Below, in pieces: positions 46,619-56,446 of a stretch of DNA of 64,000 nt. Under the pieces are notes generated by a model. The model was not told the origin of the DNA and made no database searches. It saw only the letters and a list, made by a program, of their open reading frames with translations. Position numbers and translations under genes: made by a program. The stretch's first letter is position 1, and every line of letters begins with the position of its first letter. The DNA is from a virus (lineage: Duplodnaviria > Caudoviricetes), in IMG/VR virus record IMGVR_UViG_2919425241_000002, positions 32,530 through 96,529 of that record. One strand, written 5' to 3'.

Positions 46619-47691
46619 TAAGCCAACCTCCCAGTCTGCCCACAGTTAAACGTGCCGCAGTATTTGAAACTTTCGAAAACTAATACCCCAGTATCAATAA
46701 GCAACTTAACATTCTGCTCAAGCCTATTCGCGTCATTGTAATCGAACGTATTGCCGACCGCCCAAGTTTTCGCGCCGCCGTACCCGGCCGGGGTCATGAA
46801 GTTGCTCTTGATATATTCAATATTTTGCTCGATCCGGTTAATGGACGAGAGAAAATCAATGCTGTAGTTCGTCCGGTTCTTCACGATGCCGACTTTCGGA
46901 GTGTCCGAGGTCCATGATACACCGCCGACTAAAGTACCAAATACGACCCCGGTTGTGGGAACTACGCTTGTACCCGTGCCCTCATTGCATTTCCAGTAAC
47001 CGACAAGCCCGGCCTCTGTGCCTTTCAGGAAGCGGCGCATACTGTCCTGTATCTGTGCTTGGCTGCGTGCATAGTTCCAAATCCGAACGTCATCCACGCA
47101 ACCCTTGAACCATTCATTAGGTGCGGGGGCCGTTCCGTTCGGGTTGCCTCCGATAAGCAAGGGCGCGCCTGTGACGGGTGGAGTAATGACGCCGCCGTAA
47201 TTTATGGTAGCCTCGACTTTTCCGTCTACAAAGAAATTCAATTGAGTGCCCGTCGTGTTGTATGCAAGATGATACCAACGATCAAGCACAATGTCTGTTA
47301 ACCCCGCCGCCGTTTGATATACGCCGCCGACGCTAATCATGGCAAGCATTCTTTTCGGTGCAGCGGGGCTATCGTATTGAAAACCGAATCCCCCGGCGTC
47401 GAAGTTACCCAATATTGTTTGAGTTCCCCCCGTGCTTCCTTTGACCTTAACCCAGCATTCAAAGGTCATGGAGTTTCCTATCTGTGATTGCATCGTATTG
47501 CCGAAATTCACATAACCGCTTACCCCGTCGAATGACAAGGCGTATAGGTTCTCCTCTAGGCCGACGATATTGTATTGGATGCTGTTCAGATAGTCGGCAA
47601 CCTCTTTGATGTTGTTTTCAATCCGGTTCCAGTCGTCAGGGTTCATGTAATCATTTGCCGTCCAATTGAGCTTGGGAGTGATCCACGCCAT
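46618..47691 (-). CDS. Minor tail protein with inserted LamG domain
   Basis: MAWITPK.NW...NRIE; ALSFDG...WYHLA...FKG.VDDVRIWN.AR...LVGYW. Confidence 0.8.
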   Translation of the reverse strand: MAWITPKLNWTANDYMNPDDWNRIENNIKEVADYLNSIQYNIVGLEENLYALSFDGVSGYVNFGNTMQSQIGNSMTFECWVKVKGSTGGTQTILGNFDAGGFGFQYDSPAAPKRMLAMISVGGVYQTAAGLTDIVLDRWYHLAYNTTGTQLNFFVDGKVEATINYGGVITPPVTGAPLLIGGNPNGTAPAPNEWFKGCVDDVRIWNYARSQAQIQDSMRRFLKGTEAGLVGYWKCNEGTGTSVVPTTGVVFGTLVGGVSWTSDTPKVGIVKNRTNYSIDFLSSINRIEQNIEYIKSNFMTPAGYGGAKTWAVGNTFDYNDANRLEQNVKLLIDTGVLVFESFKYCGTFNCGQTGRLA

Positions 47692-50228
47692 TAGTTGACC
47701 CCTCCCTTTGCTTCCGTTTTTACTGATAAGTACCCGGCGTACTCGATCTCATTCTTTGTCACGTAGGCGCTCATTGTGCTACCGTATGTGTTCTCCATTG
47801 AGAGAACGTCATTAAGCTCTAGGGCCGGGTTTCCTCGCCACCTAACGGAATAGGTTGCCCTGTATGCTAACTGCGCCATAAGCCAATTAGCGACCGCCTG
47901 AGCGCGTGCAGAGGTGTTGATCAAGGTGTTCTTTTCCAACTTCAGGGTGTCGCCTACTTTGTTGATAGGGTGATCCACACCGACAACACCGGACGTTGAA
48001 AGGTCGGTCCAGTATGTCACTTCTACCCGCTTGATTGCTTTATCTAAGGCGATTTGAGGCTCATTATACATATTGTCAAAGTCGGCTGAATCGACCGGGG
48101 TCATATCGCCAAGGACAGTCTCCATTGCATAGGTACGCCCGGCTGCTGTCTCTGCATAGGTTCCAGAAATGGAGCTGTCAAAGACGGTTTTCCAAGTCAC
48201 TCCGTCCGTCGATATTTCCGTTTTGGTCCCGTTGTATATCCTGCCATCTGCGTAATAATGCCAAACTTTGACCGTTTCTATATCCATAGCAGAGCCTAGA
48301 TCAACTTGCACCCAGTTATTGATAAGAGAGGTGTCCGCCCCTAGATATGTGCCCGCTGCTGCTGAGGTATCACCATTCGTTACTAGCCCTACAGAACCGT
48401 TAGCAATAACTATATTGGTTGTTACGGCTTTACCAAGAGCCACGTTTGTTCCTGCTGTGTTGGTTGCTTGGACTTCGATCCAGTGGTTAGCCTGATTTGC
48501 GTTACTTCCCCCACTTATCCAATCCCGGATATACCGCACCCTGCGAGTCTTGTTACACTTCAGGGTGATCTTACCGTCACGGGTGACGTAGATATTCGCG
48601 CCCCCAGCTATGGCTATCATTTGGAGTAGGTCGCGAAAGTTCGTTTTCTCTACAAGTGAATTTGTCGTTATTGTCTTTAAAGCGGGGTCTAATGAATAGT
48701 TCGTGATCCCACAATAGACGAACAGAGAAAGCGCCAAATCATACAACGATTGATTGAACGCGGTGAGATTTTGGAAATCAAAACTTGCCATGCTATCAAG
48801 ATTGGTCCGGGCCGTAAACGTAGCTGTTAAGCTGCCCTCGTCGCTCTGCCATTCTTGAAGCAGATAGTTACCAAGGGGGATGTATTCGAAGTTACCGCCC
48901 CCGACGTCAAGCCCAATCTCTCCTATGACTTGCTGACGCTGCTGCAAATATTTATAAAACCCGGTTGGGTTCAAGATGTTAAAAAGTCGGTCTGAGTTAT
49001 CAATCGTGAACTTGAACTCAGCAGAAGGGAGTTTGCCAGTGAGCAAGTCCATTTCCTCGACCAAGCTAAGGTTGATCAAATTGTCATCCGTGTACTGCTT
49101 CACAAATCCAAAATCGACCTCGAACACCCGGGCGCGTCGGAAGGGCTTTGACCATTTCTTGATTGTGACGGATACCTTCCTGTAGTTGTAAAGCTGCCCG
49201 ATTGGGACCGCGATAATATCGGTGTTACCTGTGACTGATTTCGTCGTTATTACCGCACCCCCGGCGTCATATGCGGTCATGTCAAAGTCGGTCGCATATT
49301 CTCCGATTACTTGGTCAAAGGTGACTGTTAGCCCGGCGCTGGAGTGGTTTGAACCGAAGTCAAATGTCATAGAAGGATATGCTTCATGGTAGGGGTATTT
49401 ATCTGAAATGTACGCTTGGGCTGCTGATAAACTCAAGCCGTCAATATACGTTTTTTCTGCTGCTGTAATCTCATAAATGCGGAACCCGTCAGCATTAAAC
49501 GTTTGCCCGTTGGTAGGCGCTGCACCCATTATTATAGCTGGGTAGATAGCGGTGACAGCTCCGAATTGAGCGGGTGAGATTGTTGCGTATACGATTTGAA
49601 AGTTTGCCGTGGGCACGATTGCAGGACCAGAGGACAGAGAAACGCCACCCGAAGCATTTTCGAAGCAAGCCACCGCATGAGGGGTATTGCCGCAAACTTC
49701 AGCGACGAGAAGATAGTACTTTGTGTTATTAATTGCATACCCCGGGCCGCCTTGGTTATTGCGTATTTGTGCATTGGTCCCAATTACCACCGCTTTAGCC
49801 GACGCAGAACCATACACAAATTTCGATGTATCCAGTGTAACGGTCGATCCACTAGCACCAACCCACGAACCCAAGACATCAATATTCCCGTCAGTTTCGA
49901 GTAAATTTTTAAGAAAAGAGCCGTCAGAGGAAGAGATAAACAAACTACTCCATCCGACTTCTTCATTGTTCGTGATCACATCGTCAGCAAATGAAAAAGA
50001 ACCGTCCAAGCGGAAGCGGTCCTTCTCCAATGTTGCGGCCTTATATGTCATGCTGCGCCTCTTGTCGATGAGGTGCGTCTTAATACTTAACGGTGATTCC
50101 GGTGAAGTCGTGATATTGGTGACATCCCCGGAGGCGGTAACATCGCTAATATCGAACGTCACGCGCCCAGCTGTTCGTCTTTCAGGCGCGTATATGTTGT
50201 TCTTGAAATTTTGGGTCGTTCTGTACAT
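47691..50228 (-). CDS. Tail hub/baseplate protein with inserted carbohydrate-binding and F5/8-type domains
   Basis: Follows Dit; WVQVDLG...VWHY...STDGVTW; C-terminal WRGNPALE..D. Confidence 0.75.
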   Translation of the reverse strand: MYRTTQNFKNNIYAPERRTAGRVTFDISDVTASGDVTNITTSPESPLSIKTHLIDKRRSMTYKAATLEKDRFRLDGSFSFADDVITNNEEVGWSSLFISSSDGSFLKNLLETDGNIDVLGSWVGASGSTVTLDTSKFVYGSASAKAVVIGTNAQIRNNQGGPGYAINNTKYYLLVAEVCGNTPHAVACFENASGGVSLSSGPAIVPTANFQIVYATISPAQFGAVTAIYPAIIMGAAPTNGQTFNADGFRIYEITAAEKTYIDGLSLSAAQAYISDKYPYHEAYPSMTFDFGSNHSSAGLTVTFDQVIGEYATDFDMTAYDAGGAVITTKSVTGNTDIIAVPIGQLYNYRKVSVTIKKWSKPFRRARVFEVDFGFVKQYTDDNLINLSLVEEMDLLTGKLPSAEFKFTIDNSDRLFNILNPTGFYKYLQQRQQVIGEIGLDVGGGNFEYIPLGNYLLQEWQSDEGSLTATFTARTNLDSMASFDFQNLTAFNQSLYDLALSLFVYCGITNYSLDPALKTITTNSLVEKTNFRDLLQMIAIAGGANIYVTRDGKITLKCNKTRRVRYIRDWISGGSNANQANHWIEVQATNTAGTNVALGKAVTTNIVIANGSVGLVTNGDTSAAAGTYLGADTSLINNWVQVDLGSAMDIETVKVWHYYADGRIYNGTKTEISTDGVTWKTVFDSSISGTYAETAAGRTYAMETVLGDMTPVDSADFDNMYNEPQIALDKAIKRVEVTYWTDLSTSGVVGVDHPINKVGDTLKLEKNTLINTSARAQAVANWLMAQLAYRATYSVRWRGNPALELNDVLSMENTYGSTMSAYVTKNEIEYAGYLSVKTEAKGGVN

Positions 50229-50237
50229 ATGCCGCGC

Positions 50238-50594
50238 CTACCTTTCGATCAGATTAAACTTCAAATCCTTATATCTAGGCACACCATCTAAAAAATCAAT
50301 CATCCCAGCTGTTCTATCTCCACAATAAAATGTTGCAGTGCGAAAATCCCCCGTCTTCATATCAAAGTAAGTCACATCAAAAAAGTTAGGAGCGACAGCA
50401 TTCAGAATTTTTGTCATTTGCTCTTGCGTTACAAATTTCCAAGTGAGATCAAGTTTCGCTTTGGTCGCGATCAACTCTGAAATTAATGTGCCATTGGTGT
50501 TACGTTCAGCCTTTTTGATATCCATAATTCCAGGTGTGCATTCAGAGGGGGTCGGCATTTCGACCCCACCTATTTTTAAAAGCGGTTCGGCCAC
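50238..50594 (-). CDS. Distal tail (Dit-like) protein
   Basis: Directly after the tape measure gene; ends FNLIER. Confidence 0.7.
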   Translation of the reverse strand: MAEPLLKIGGVEMPTPSECTPGIMDIKKAERNTNGTLISELIATKAKLDLTWKFVTQEQMTKILNAVAPNFFDVTYFDMKTGDFRTATFYCGDRTAGMIDFLDGVPRYKDLKFNLIER

Positions 50595-50605
50595 CTATAC
50601 CCCTC

Positions 50606-53242
50606 CTAACTTGTAGTGATCATACCGCCACCAATTCTGATGTTCTCTTTATTGAGATAAGGAGCAATAACCCTCGCTAGACTTACTCCATCAATTATGA
50701 GGTTTGTAGTGCCGCTATTGTTTTTGTTTCCGTTATTACTCATTTGCATTGCAGTCAAGACCGCGGTACCAAGAGCACTGGCAACCTTATCGACAAATCC
50801 ACTATTCTCAAGCGGCATGATAAGTTCGGATCCTGCTTCGCCGGCAATGTAGTTCCCCATGTTCGTGGCACCATCAACAATACCACCGCGTTTTAGCATA
50901 GGGAGTTTCGGGATCTGAGGCATTCCAATTTCAAAACCTCCGATGACGCCACCAGTGATTGGATTAGTGAACCCGGGAACGCTGATTTTAATTGAGTTGA
51001 ATTTATCGATGAAGGTGTTTATCATCCCGGTAACAGTATTGATTGAATTTTTGATATTTCTAACAATCCCATCCCAAACGTTAGAGATTATACTTGAGAT
51101 GCCTTCCCACATGGACTTCGAATTGTCACGAAGCGTCTCCATCATGCCACTGTACAGGCCATGTATTGCTTCTAAAGCAACTTTGATAGTTCCGAGGATG
51201 GTCGTGAACACCAGCTTAATGATTCCATGAATTGCGTCTGTCGCCCCACTAGTGGCTTGTTTTATTCCGTCCCAGAGAGTTTCCCAATCGAGAGTAAACA
51301 CCCCGATAAACACCTTTACAAGCCCCATGATGACATCCAATGCGCCACTGACAATATTCTTGATGCTGTCCCAGATCCCTGATAATAGATCTGCAAATGC
51401 TTCCCAAGCCAGTTGGAGGCCTTTAATTATTGCACCAACAAATGGCTCTAAAAAGAACCAAATGACTTTCCAAGCATTAATCAGTGCCTCAGCAATACTC
51501 GGCCAGTACTTATTCCAGAATTCGGACAGTTCACCTAATTGATCGGCGATGAACGTAAAGATATCAATCATCAAAGAGGAGATGGTATTCCAAATTGAGG
51601 TAAAGATCCTAGTTACATCATCTCCCCATCGTTTCCAGAATGCCTGCATTCCTCCCCATATCGCTAAGGAAATTGTATTAATGAAGTCAAAGGTGTTCTT
51701 GAAGAAAGTCTTTATTCCATCCCAAGAGGCTACGAAAGCTGACTTAATATCATCGCCATTTGATGCCCAAAAGCTTTTCAAACCGTCCCAGACGACTCCC
51801 GCCGCTTTTGCGATCCATTCCCAAGCTGCTGATAGCTTGACTTTAATATCCTCCCATAGGGCAATGACACCAGTTCTGAACTCCTCGTTGTTCCGCCATA
51901 GATAGATAAACGCCCCTGCTAATGTTGCAAGAGCGATAACAAGGAGACCGATCGGACTCAAGATCGCTGAAATGGCGGCACCGATAAGTTGGAACGTTGT
52001 GCTTACACCTTTGATGACTAAGAGCGTTGCGAAGGCTGTAGCTATACCACCAAGAGCAGCGATAATGATTTCCTTGTGCTGTACGATGAATGTAGTCATC
52101 TCACCAAAAGCCTGCTTTACCTTGTTAGCCATCTCTTGGATTTTAGATGAAATTTTAGTCGTTTCATCTTCGATCCCATCGCCCATCCCTAGCCCGACAC
52201 CACTGTTTGCTGAGTCTCCTGCAGCGTCATCTTCATCATCTTTACTTCCACTACCTAAGGAATTGATCTCGTCGAAGCTTGCGAGTGAGTTTGCTGCTTT
52301 CTTAGCTTTCTTGCCCGTCGCGTCAAGCGAGTCCCCTAAGCCGTCTACAGCGCCAGATTGAGCATCAATTGACGCAGCTTGATCAAATCCTGCCTTGATG
52401 TTTGCTTTAGGGAATAAGGCCCTCATGAACGCAGATACGTTTTGAAAAGCTACCTCAGCCGCCCTTGCCATTTTCGTAAGCAAAGGCAATGCAATATTGA
52501 GAATGGGAAGGAACGCCTGCCCTAAAGCTAACCTCATATCTCCGAGCGCGGCCGTGAATCCACCCTTTAACAAAGCGGTATTTTGTGCAATTTCAGTTCC
52601 GAAGTTAGCTGTCGTTGAATCCAAGATGTGATAGTAAAGGATGGTCTTTTTCATTCCCTCACTGAGTTCTTCCCAAGGAGCATTATTCGCCATCTCTTTG
52701 TAAGCCCGGGATTGCTGGATTGCTGCGACACGAACGTTTACGCCGAGCTCATCCGCACCATCAGCTTCCTGGTTCATTGCAGAACGCATACGGTCAGAGA
52801 TCTCAATCTGAGACATTCCGGTTCTGCTCCGGATAATCGCTGCAGCTTTAATTAAATCCGTCGTCTTTTTCAGCAAGTCTTGTTCATCTTTTGCGATAGA
52901 CTTTAAGCGCAAAGAGAAGTTATTTCCCATTTCCGCTGCAGAGAGCTTAGAGAATCCCATAGCATCACCAACGGTGTTCTGCCATTTTACGAAATCGCCC
53001 ATACTCTTTCCGAGAGTTTTACTCAAGGTTCCCATTAGGGCTTCGAACTTGATCGCATCTTCTACTGCGGAACCCAGACCTGCGCCAAGGGCGATTCCAC
53101 CTAGTGCCGCAGCAATACCGCCGAGGGCTGTTTTCATTTTACTGCCGAAATCCTTTAAGTCTTTCTGCGCCCTCTGCATTTCTTTACGCATCTGGGAAAA
53201 GTCTGCGCCGGCACGAATGACTAGGTTACGAATGACTGAAAT
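50606..53242 (-). CDS. Tail tape measure protein (probable ATT start at 53242)
   Basis: Trp/Phe-periodic repeats, GG...AGEAG.E...PL C-terminus; AGGAGG 8 nt before an in-frame ATT. Confidence 0.9.
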   Translation of the reverse strand: MSVIRNLVIRAGADFSQMRKEMQRAQKDLKDFGSKMKTALGGIAAALGGIALGAGLGSAVEDAIKFEALMGTLSKTLGKSMGDFVKWQNTVGDAMGFSKLSAAEMGNNFSLRLKSIAKDEQDLLKKTTDLIKAAAIIRSRTGMSQIEISDRMRSAMNQEADGADELGVNVRVAAIQQSRAYKEMANNAPWEELSEGMKKTILYYHILDSTTANFGTEIAQNTALLKGGFTAALGDMRLALGQAFLPILNIALPLLTKMARAAEVAFQNVSAFMRALFPKANIKAGFDQAASIDAQSGAVDGLGDSLDATGKKAKKAANSLASFDEINSLGSGSKDDEDDAAGDSANSGVGLGMGDGIEDETTKISSKIQEMANKVKQAFGEMTTFIVQHKEIIIAALGGIATAFATLLVIKGVSTTFQLIGAAISAILSPIGLLVIALATLAGAFIYLWRNNEEFRTGVIALWEDIKVKLSAAWEWIAKAAGVVWDGLKSFWASNGDDIKSAFVASWDGIKTFFKNTFDFINTISLAIWGGMQAFWKRWGDDVTRIFTSIWNTISSLMIDIFTFIADQLGELSEFWNKYWPSIAEALINAWKVIWFFLEPFVGAIIKGLQLAWEAFADLLSGIWDSIKNIVSGALDVIMGLVKVFIGVFTLDWETLWDGIKQATSGATDAIHGIIKLVFTTILGTIKVALEAIHGLYSGMMETLRDNSKSMWEGISSIISNVWDGIVRNIKNSINTVTGMINTFIDKFNSIKISVPGFTNPITGGVIGGFEIGMPQIPKLPMLKRGGIVDGATNMGNYIAGEAGSELIMPLENSGFVDKVASALGTAVLTAMQMSNNGNKNNSGTTNLIIDGVSLARVIAPYLNKENIRIGGGMITTS

Positions 53243-53294
53243 GAGGATTACCTCCTTTCTAATAACAAAAAAAGAGCCCGCTTTAGGCTCCCAG

Positions 53295-53645
53295 TTAATT
53301 TACAGTTCCGCCGAACATCGCGTTTAGTCGTTTCACCTCCGCGAGCATATCGGCGCCTGATTGTTCCTTCTTTTTCTGTTCTTGCGGACCATCGTCAAAC
53401 AATTTCTTTAGATCCGGCATCTTTTTAACTCGTTCGAAGTAAGCGCCCATATAAGCCGCTGTAATCCGTTCCTTTTGCATGAATGACTCTTGCTTGTTGC
53501 GTTCCTGGATATAGACCGCAAGTTCAAATGGAGTCATCTCGTTGTATTCAGAGAGCGAGACTCCTGCGAAAGCGGCAGCCTTTATTGACTCCTCCCAATC
53601 GAAGGGTTTATCTTCGGCTACTTCTTCGCTTTCTGAGCGTTTCCC
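53295..53645 (-). CDS. Tail assembly chaperone T segment (-1 frameshift extension)
   Basis: Open from the slippery site G GGA AAC (53639-53645) through MTPFE...FGG. Confidence 0.8.
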   Translation of the reverse strand, partial: GKRSESEEVAEDKPFDWEESIKAAAFAGVSLSEYNEMTPFELAVYIQERNKQESFMQKERITAAYMGAYFERVKKMPDLKKLFDDGPQEQKKKEQSGADMLAEVKRLNAMFGGTVN

Positions 53646-53950
53646 ACCGGTTGGGTGTCGGCTGATTTGAAAGCTGCAGAAAGAGCCTCTGTCATTTTGC
53701 CAATGTAATATTGAGGATTAGGTGCTTTATCAAGCAAGTCCTCCATATCATCAAGTTGCAAGTCCTTATCATCTGCTAGGAGACCACAATATATAATCTT
53801 TTCAATCTGTTCGAAATCAAGGTCACCGTCGCCGATTTGCTCCATTGTCATTCCTGTCAATGCTGAAAGGTGCTTGAGTGCTTTATGTCCAAAACGCAAT
53901 ACACGCGGTCTATCCAATTCAATGATTACAAGATCGTTGTTATTAGCCAT
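53618..53950 (-). CDS. Tail assembly chaperone G
   Basis: Between major tail and tape measure genes; slippery heptamer near its end. Confidence 0.8.
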   Translation of the reverse strand: MANNNDLVIIELDRPRVLRFGHKALKHLSALTGMTMEQIGDGDLDFEQIEKIIYCGLLADDKDLQLDDMEDLLDKAPNPQYYIGKMTEALSAAFKSADTQPVGNAQKAKK

Positions 53951-54024
53951 TGTTATTTCATCCTCCAAATAATAAAAATAAGGCTAGAACTGGTTATAGT
54001 CCTAGCCTGATTGATTAATTGTCA

Positions 54025-54741
54025 CTAGGTTGTTTTTACAACTACAACTTCGTAAACCTTCTGTGTTTTGCCCGTCTCGTTTGCAAGGATCGTCAGTTTC
54101 TTACCTTGGTTTAATGTCAATGGGATAGCAGCTGAAGGGGATCCGCTGACAAGGTCTTGCGAATAAACGCCGTCAATGTAGAGTTTAATCGTGTGCGAAG
54201 CTGCCGTTGCCGTAATTGTTACAGAGGTAGCAGATACACCACTGAATGTATAACTGTAGTTCCCATTCGCGAATGCCGGAGACAAAGCACCGCCTGTACC
54301 GGAGAGAGCTAGCGCGGAAAGTCCAGCACTTGGTGTAGTGCCAAGCGAAGGAGCTCCGGAAATCTTGATTGTGGCTTCAAAGCCGATCGCTCCGTCTACC
54401 TCAACCCCAGTTGTTTTAAAACCCGTGACGCCGCCTGTAAACGTCCAAGACGCTCCCAAGGCAGAAGGGAAAAGGATGGTATAGGTATCGATCGTACCGC
54501 TCTGGAATGCATTATATAGAGCCATTTGGCCCTGTAAATCAGACGGATCAAAGAAACCGACAACGCTAACCTCACCGGCTTCTTTAAAACCCGGGATAGA
54601 TTCACGGTAGCCGCCGCTACTTGCAAGATGAGTAGCATCAATGGTCTCTGCTGTCATCACAGGCGGTGTGATGGATGTTACCTGAGCGATGGAGTTTGCA
54701 CCGATTTTCATGAGCGTTCCTAATGCTCTATAAACTGTCAA
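54025..54741 (-). CDS. Major tail (tube) protein with C-terminal cadherin/Ig-like extension
   Basis: ETIDATHL...GYRE.I.G.K.AG...ATIKISGAP, then LS.L...LSPAF...Y. Confidence 0.88.
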   Translation of the reverse strand: MTVYRALGTLMKIGANSIAQVTSITPPVMTAETIDATHLASSGGYRESIPGFKEAGEVSVVGFFDPSDLQGQMALYNAFQSGTIDTYTILFPSALGASWTFTGGVTGFKTTGVEVDGAIGFEATIKISGAPSLGTTPSAGLSALALSGTGGALSPAFANGNYSYTFSGVSATSVTITATAASHTIKLYIDGVYSQDLVSGSPSAAIPLTLNQGKKLTILANETGKTQKVYEVVVVKTT

Positions 54742-54753
54742 ATTAACGACCTC

Positions 54754-55134
54754 CTATATATAAACTTGAAATGGAATGGTGGACCGGTATAATTCTGGTT
54801 CAACATCATAACCCTCTTGCGGTTCAGAACAGATAATATCCTGCACATAAAGCGATCCATTACCTATAGCCCGGGATTGAAAGCCGATAATGGCCTCAGT
54901 GACGAGTGAAGTAAGCTGTTTCATATCCGGATAGGTTTTAGCTACAATGCTGACTTCTGCAGATATGCTTTTGCTGTTAATATAGCCGGCCAAGGTTTTT
55001 AGCTTTAGTCCTTCATTTGAGACGTAAGCCACATATGGAGCCGTCTTGTCCGCACTTACAACCAAAGGAAATACTTTGTTCGTTAATGCAGGTATTAACT
55101 CAATTTCAAAAGCTAAAGCTTCCTCGAATCTCAA
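54754..55134 (-). CDS. Tail terminator/completion protein
   Basis: Position; VFP......PYVAY. Confidence 0.75.
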   Translation of the reverse strand: MRFEEALAFEIELIPALTNKVFPLVVSADKTAPYVAYVSNEGLKLKTLAGYINSKSISAEVSIVAKTYPDMKQLTSLVTEAIIGFQSRAIGNGSLYVQDIICSEPQEGYDVEPELYRSTIPFQVYI

Positions 55135-55139
55135 CTATC

Positions 55140-55589
55140 TTACCCCCTCTCACTAAGGATCTTATCGATTTCTTTTCCTGCTGCTTTTATGACTTCGGAT
55201 TCGATCTTGTCCGCATTATTCTCAATGGCATGTCTCAGATAGCGGTAGCCAGGCGTATAGTGTCCGTTCGTCGTCCATCCATACTCCTGCGAAGCTGGGT
55301 AGTATGATCGTTTATTCGTCTTTGATAGCTTAACGAATACGTCGTTCATCTTTGGATCGATCATAATTCCGTATACTTTTTTACCCGGCTTCACCTTGCG
55401 CTCTGCCTTCATGATGACACCCTTTTTGAGTTGACCGGTATCTACAGGAGCATTTGACTTCGCCGCTTTCCTCGCTATCGCAGCCCCAGATCTAGCGGCT
55501 TTGTTAGCCACCTTCTGAGGCACTTGACCGAGTCGCCGCATATCACGCTCAAGCTGCCTTAAACCCTCGATATCCCCTCGTCTAGCCAC
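55140..55589 (-). CDS. HK97 gp10-family protein
   Basis: IEGL..L, APVDTGQL, EYG, YLR.A. Confidence 0.85.
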   Translation of the reverse strand: MARRGDIEGLRQLERDMRRLGQVPQKVANKAARSGAAIARKAAKSNAPVDTGQLKKGVIMKAERKVKPGKKVYGIMIDPKMNDVFVKLSKTNKRSYYPASQEYGWTTNGHYTPGYRYLRHAIENNADKIESEVIKAAGKEIDKILSERG

Positions 55590-55909
55590 TAAATCACCAA
55601 CTTACAGTAAAATAGCAACTCGCGATTTAATGATTGAACATTAATAACGGAAAGTATTTCGTAGACCTCAGTGCCATGTTGAATTCTCATGGTATTGTTC
55701 ATTCCAGGTTGGTACCTTGTTCTGAACTTTACTTCAACCAGACTCTGTACCGCTGCAGCGCTGAAATACTCTTTACCTAACAAGGGCTCTTTGGAGGCTC
55801 GTATAGTCAGGATGTCAATCCATTCATTATTGCTCTCACCATATGAATTCCGACCTGGTTTTAAAGTTTTTATCGTAATGGTCTGCTTCAACTTACCGGC
55901 GTTTATCAT
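55589..55909 (-). CDS. Head closure/head-tail adaptor
   Basis: GKL...ITI...YGE...W...GKEYF.A...RY...MRI...YEI. Confidence 0.88.
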   Translation of the reverse strand: MINAGKLKQTITIKTLKPGRNSYGESNNEWIDILTIRASKEPLLGKEYFSAAAVQSLVEVKFRTRYQPGMNNTMRIQHGTEVYEILSVINVQSLNRELLFYCKLVI

Positions 55910-56160
55910 TTCGACGCATCATCCTCATTATCGTTCCGAGGAGATTCATTTTTATCGACTCCACCTCGACCTGGACCTTTACCGGTATTGGAAGTTTCTT
56001 GCCTCTGCTGACTTTTTTGCTCCTTCACTTCTTCGCCAAGGTAACCAAGTTCACGAAGATCATTACACCTTTGGGCGTTTCCTTCGTAAATAGAGTCAAC
56101 AGGGTAGTAAATACCATTACTTTTCTCGATAAACTCGACCGAAACAATGTATTTTTTCAT
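55906..56160 (-). CDS. Small head-region protein
   Basis: ORF in operon with RBS. Confidence 0.6.
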   Translation of the reverse strand: MKKYIVSVEFIEKSNGIYYPVDSIYEGNAQRCNDLRELGYLGEEVKEQKSQQRQETSNTGKGPGRGGVDKNESPRNDNEDDASK

Positions 56161-56177
56161 CTAATCACCTACTTTCA

Positions 56178-56432
56178 TCAATCTTTAAGCTGCAAGATGA
56201 TGCTTTCCAAACTGAAATTTAGCTTGTCGATCTTCATTGAGGGATCCCGATTTTCGTAATGGAGGGATACGTAAAGCATGATGGCCAGTGTGTAACTGGC
56301 CCCTTCCTGCTCAACAACTCCCGCTTTATTCAAATACTCCTTAGCTGCTTCAATTAGGAGAGCGAGGGTTAAATCATCCTCGCTCCCATCAATTCGCAGA
56401 TATCCTTTCAATTCTCCCAACGAGAGCTCCAT
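56178..56432 (-). CDS. Head-tail connector (gp6-like)
   Basis: LKGYLRIDG.EDD..L...AA.EY...YENR...QL. Confidence 0.9.
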   Translation of the reverse strand: MELSLGELKGYLRIDGSEDDLTLALLIEAAKEYLNKAGVVEQEGASYTLAIMLYVSLHYENRDPSMKIDKLNFSLESIILQLKD

Positions 56433-56446
56433 AAAATCACCCTTAA

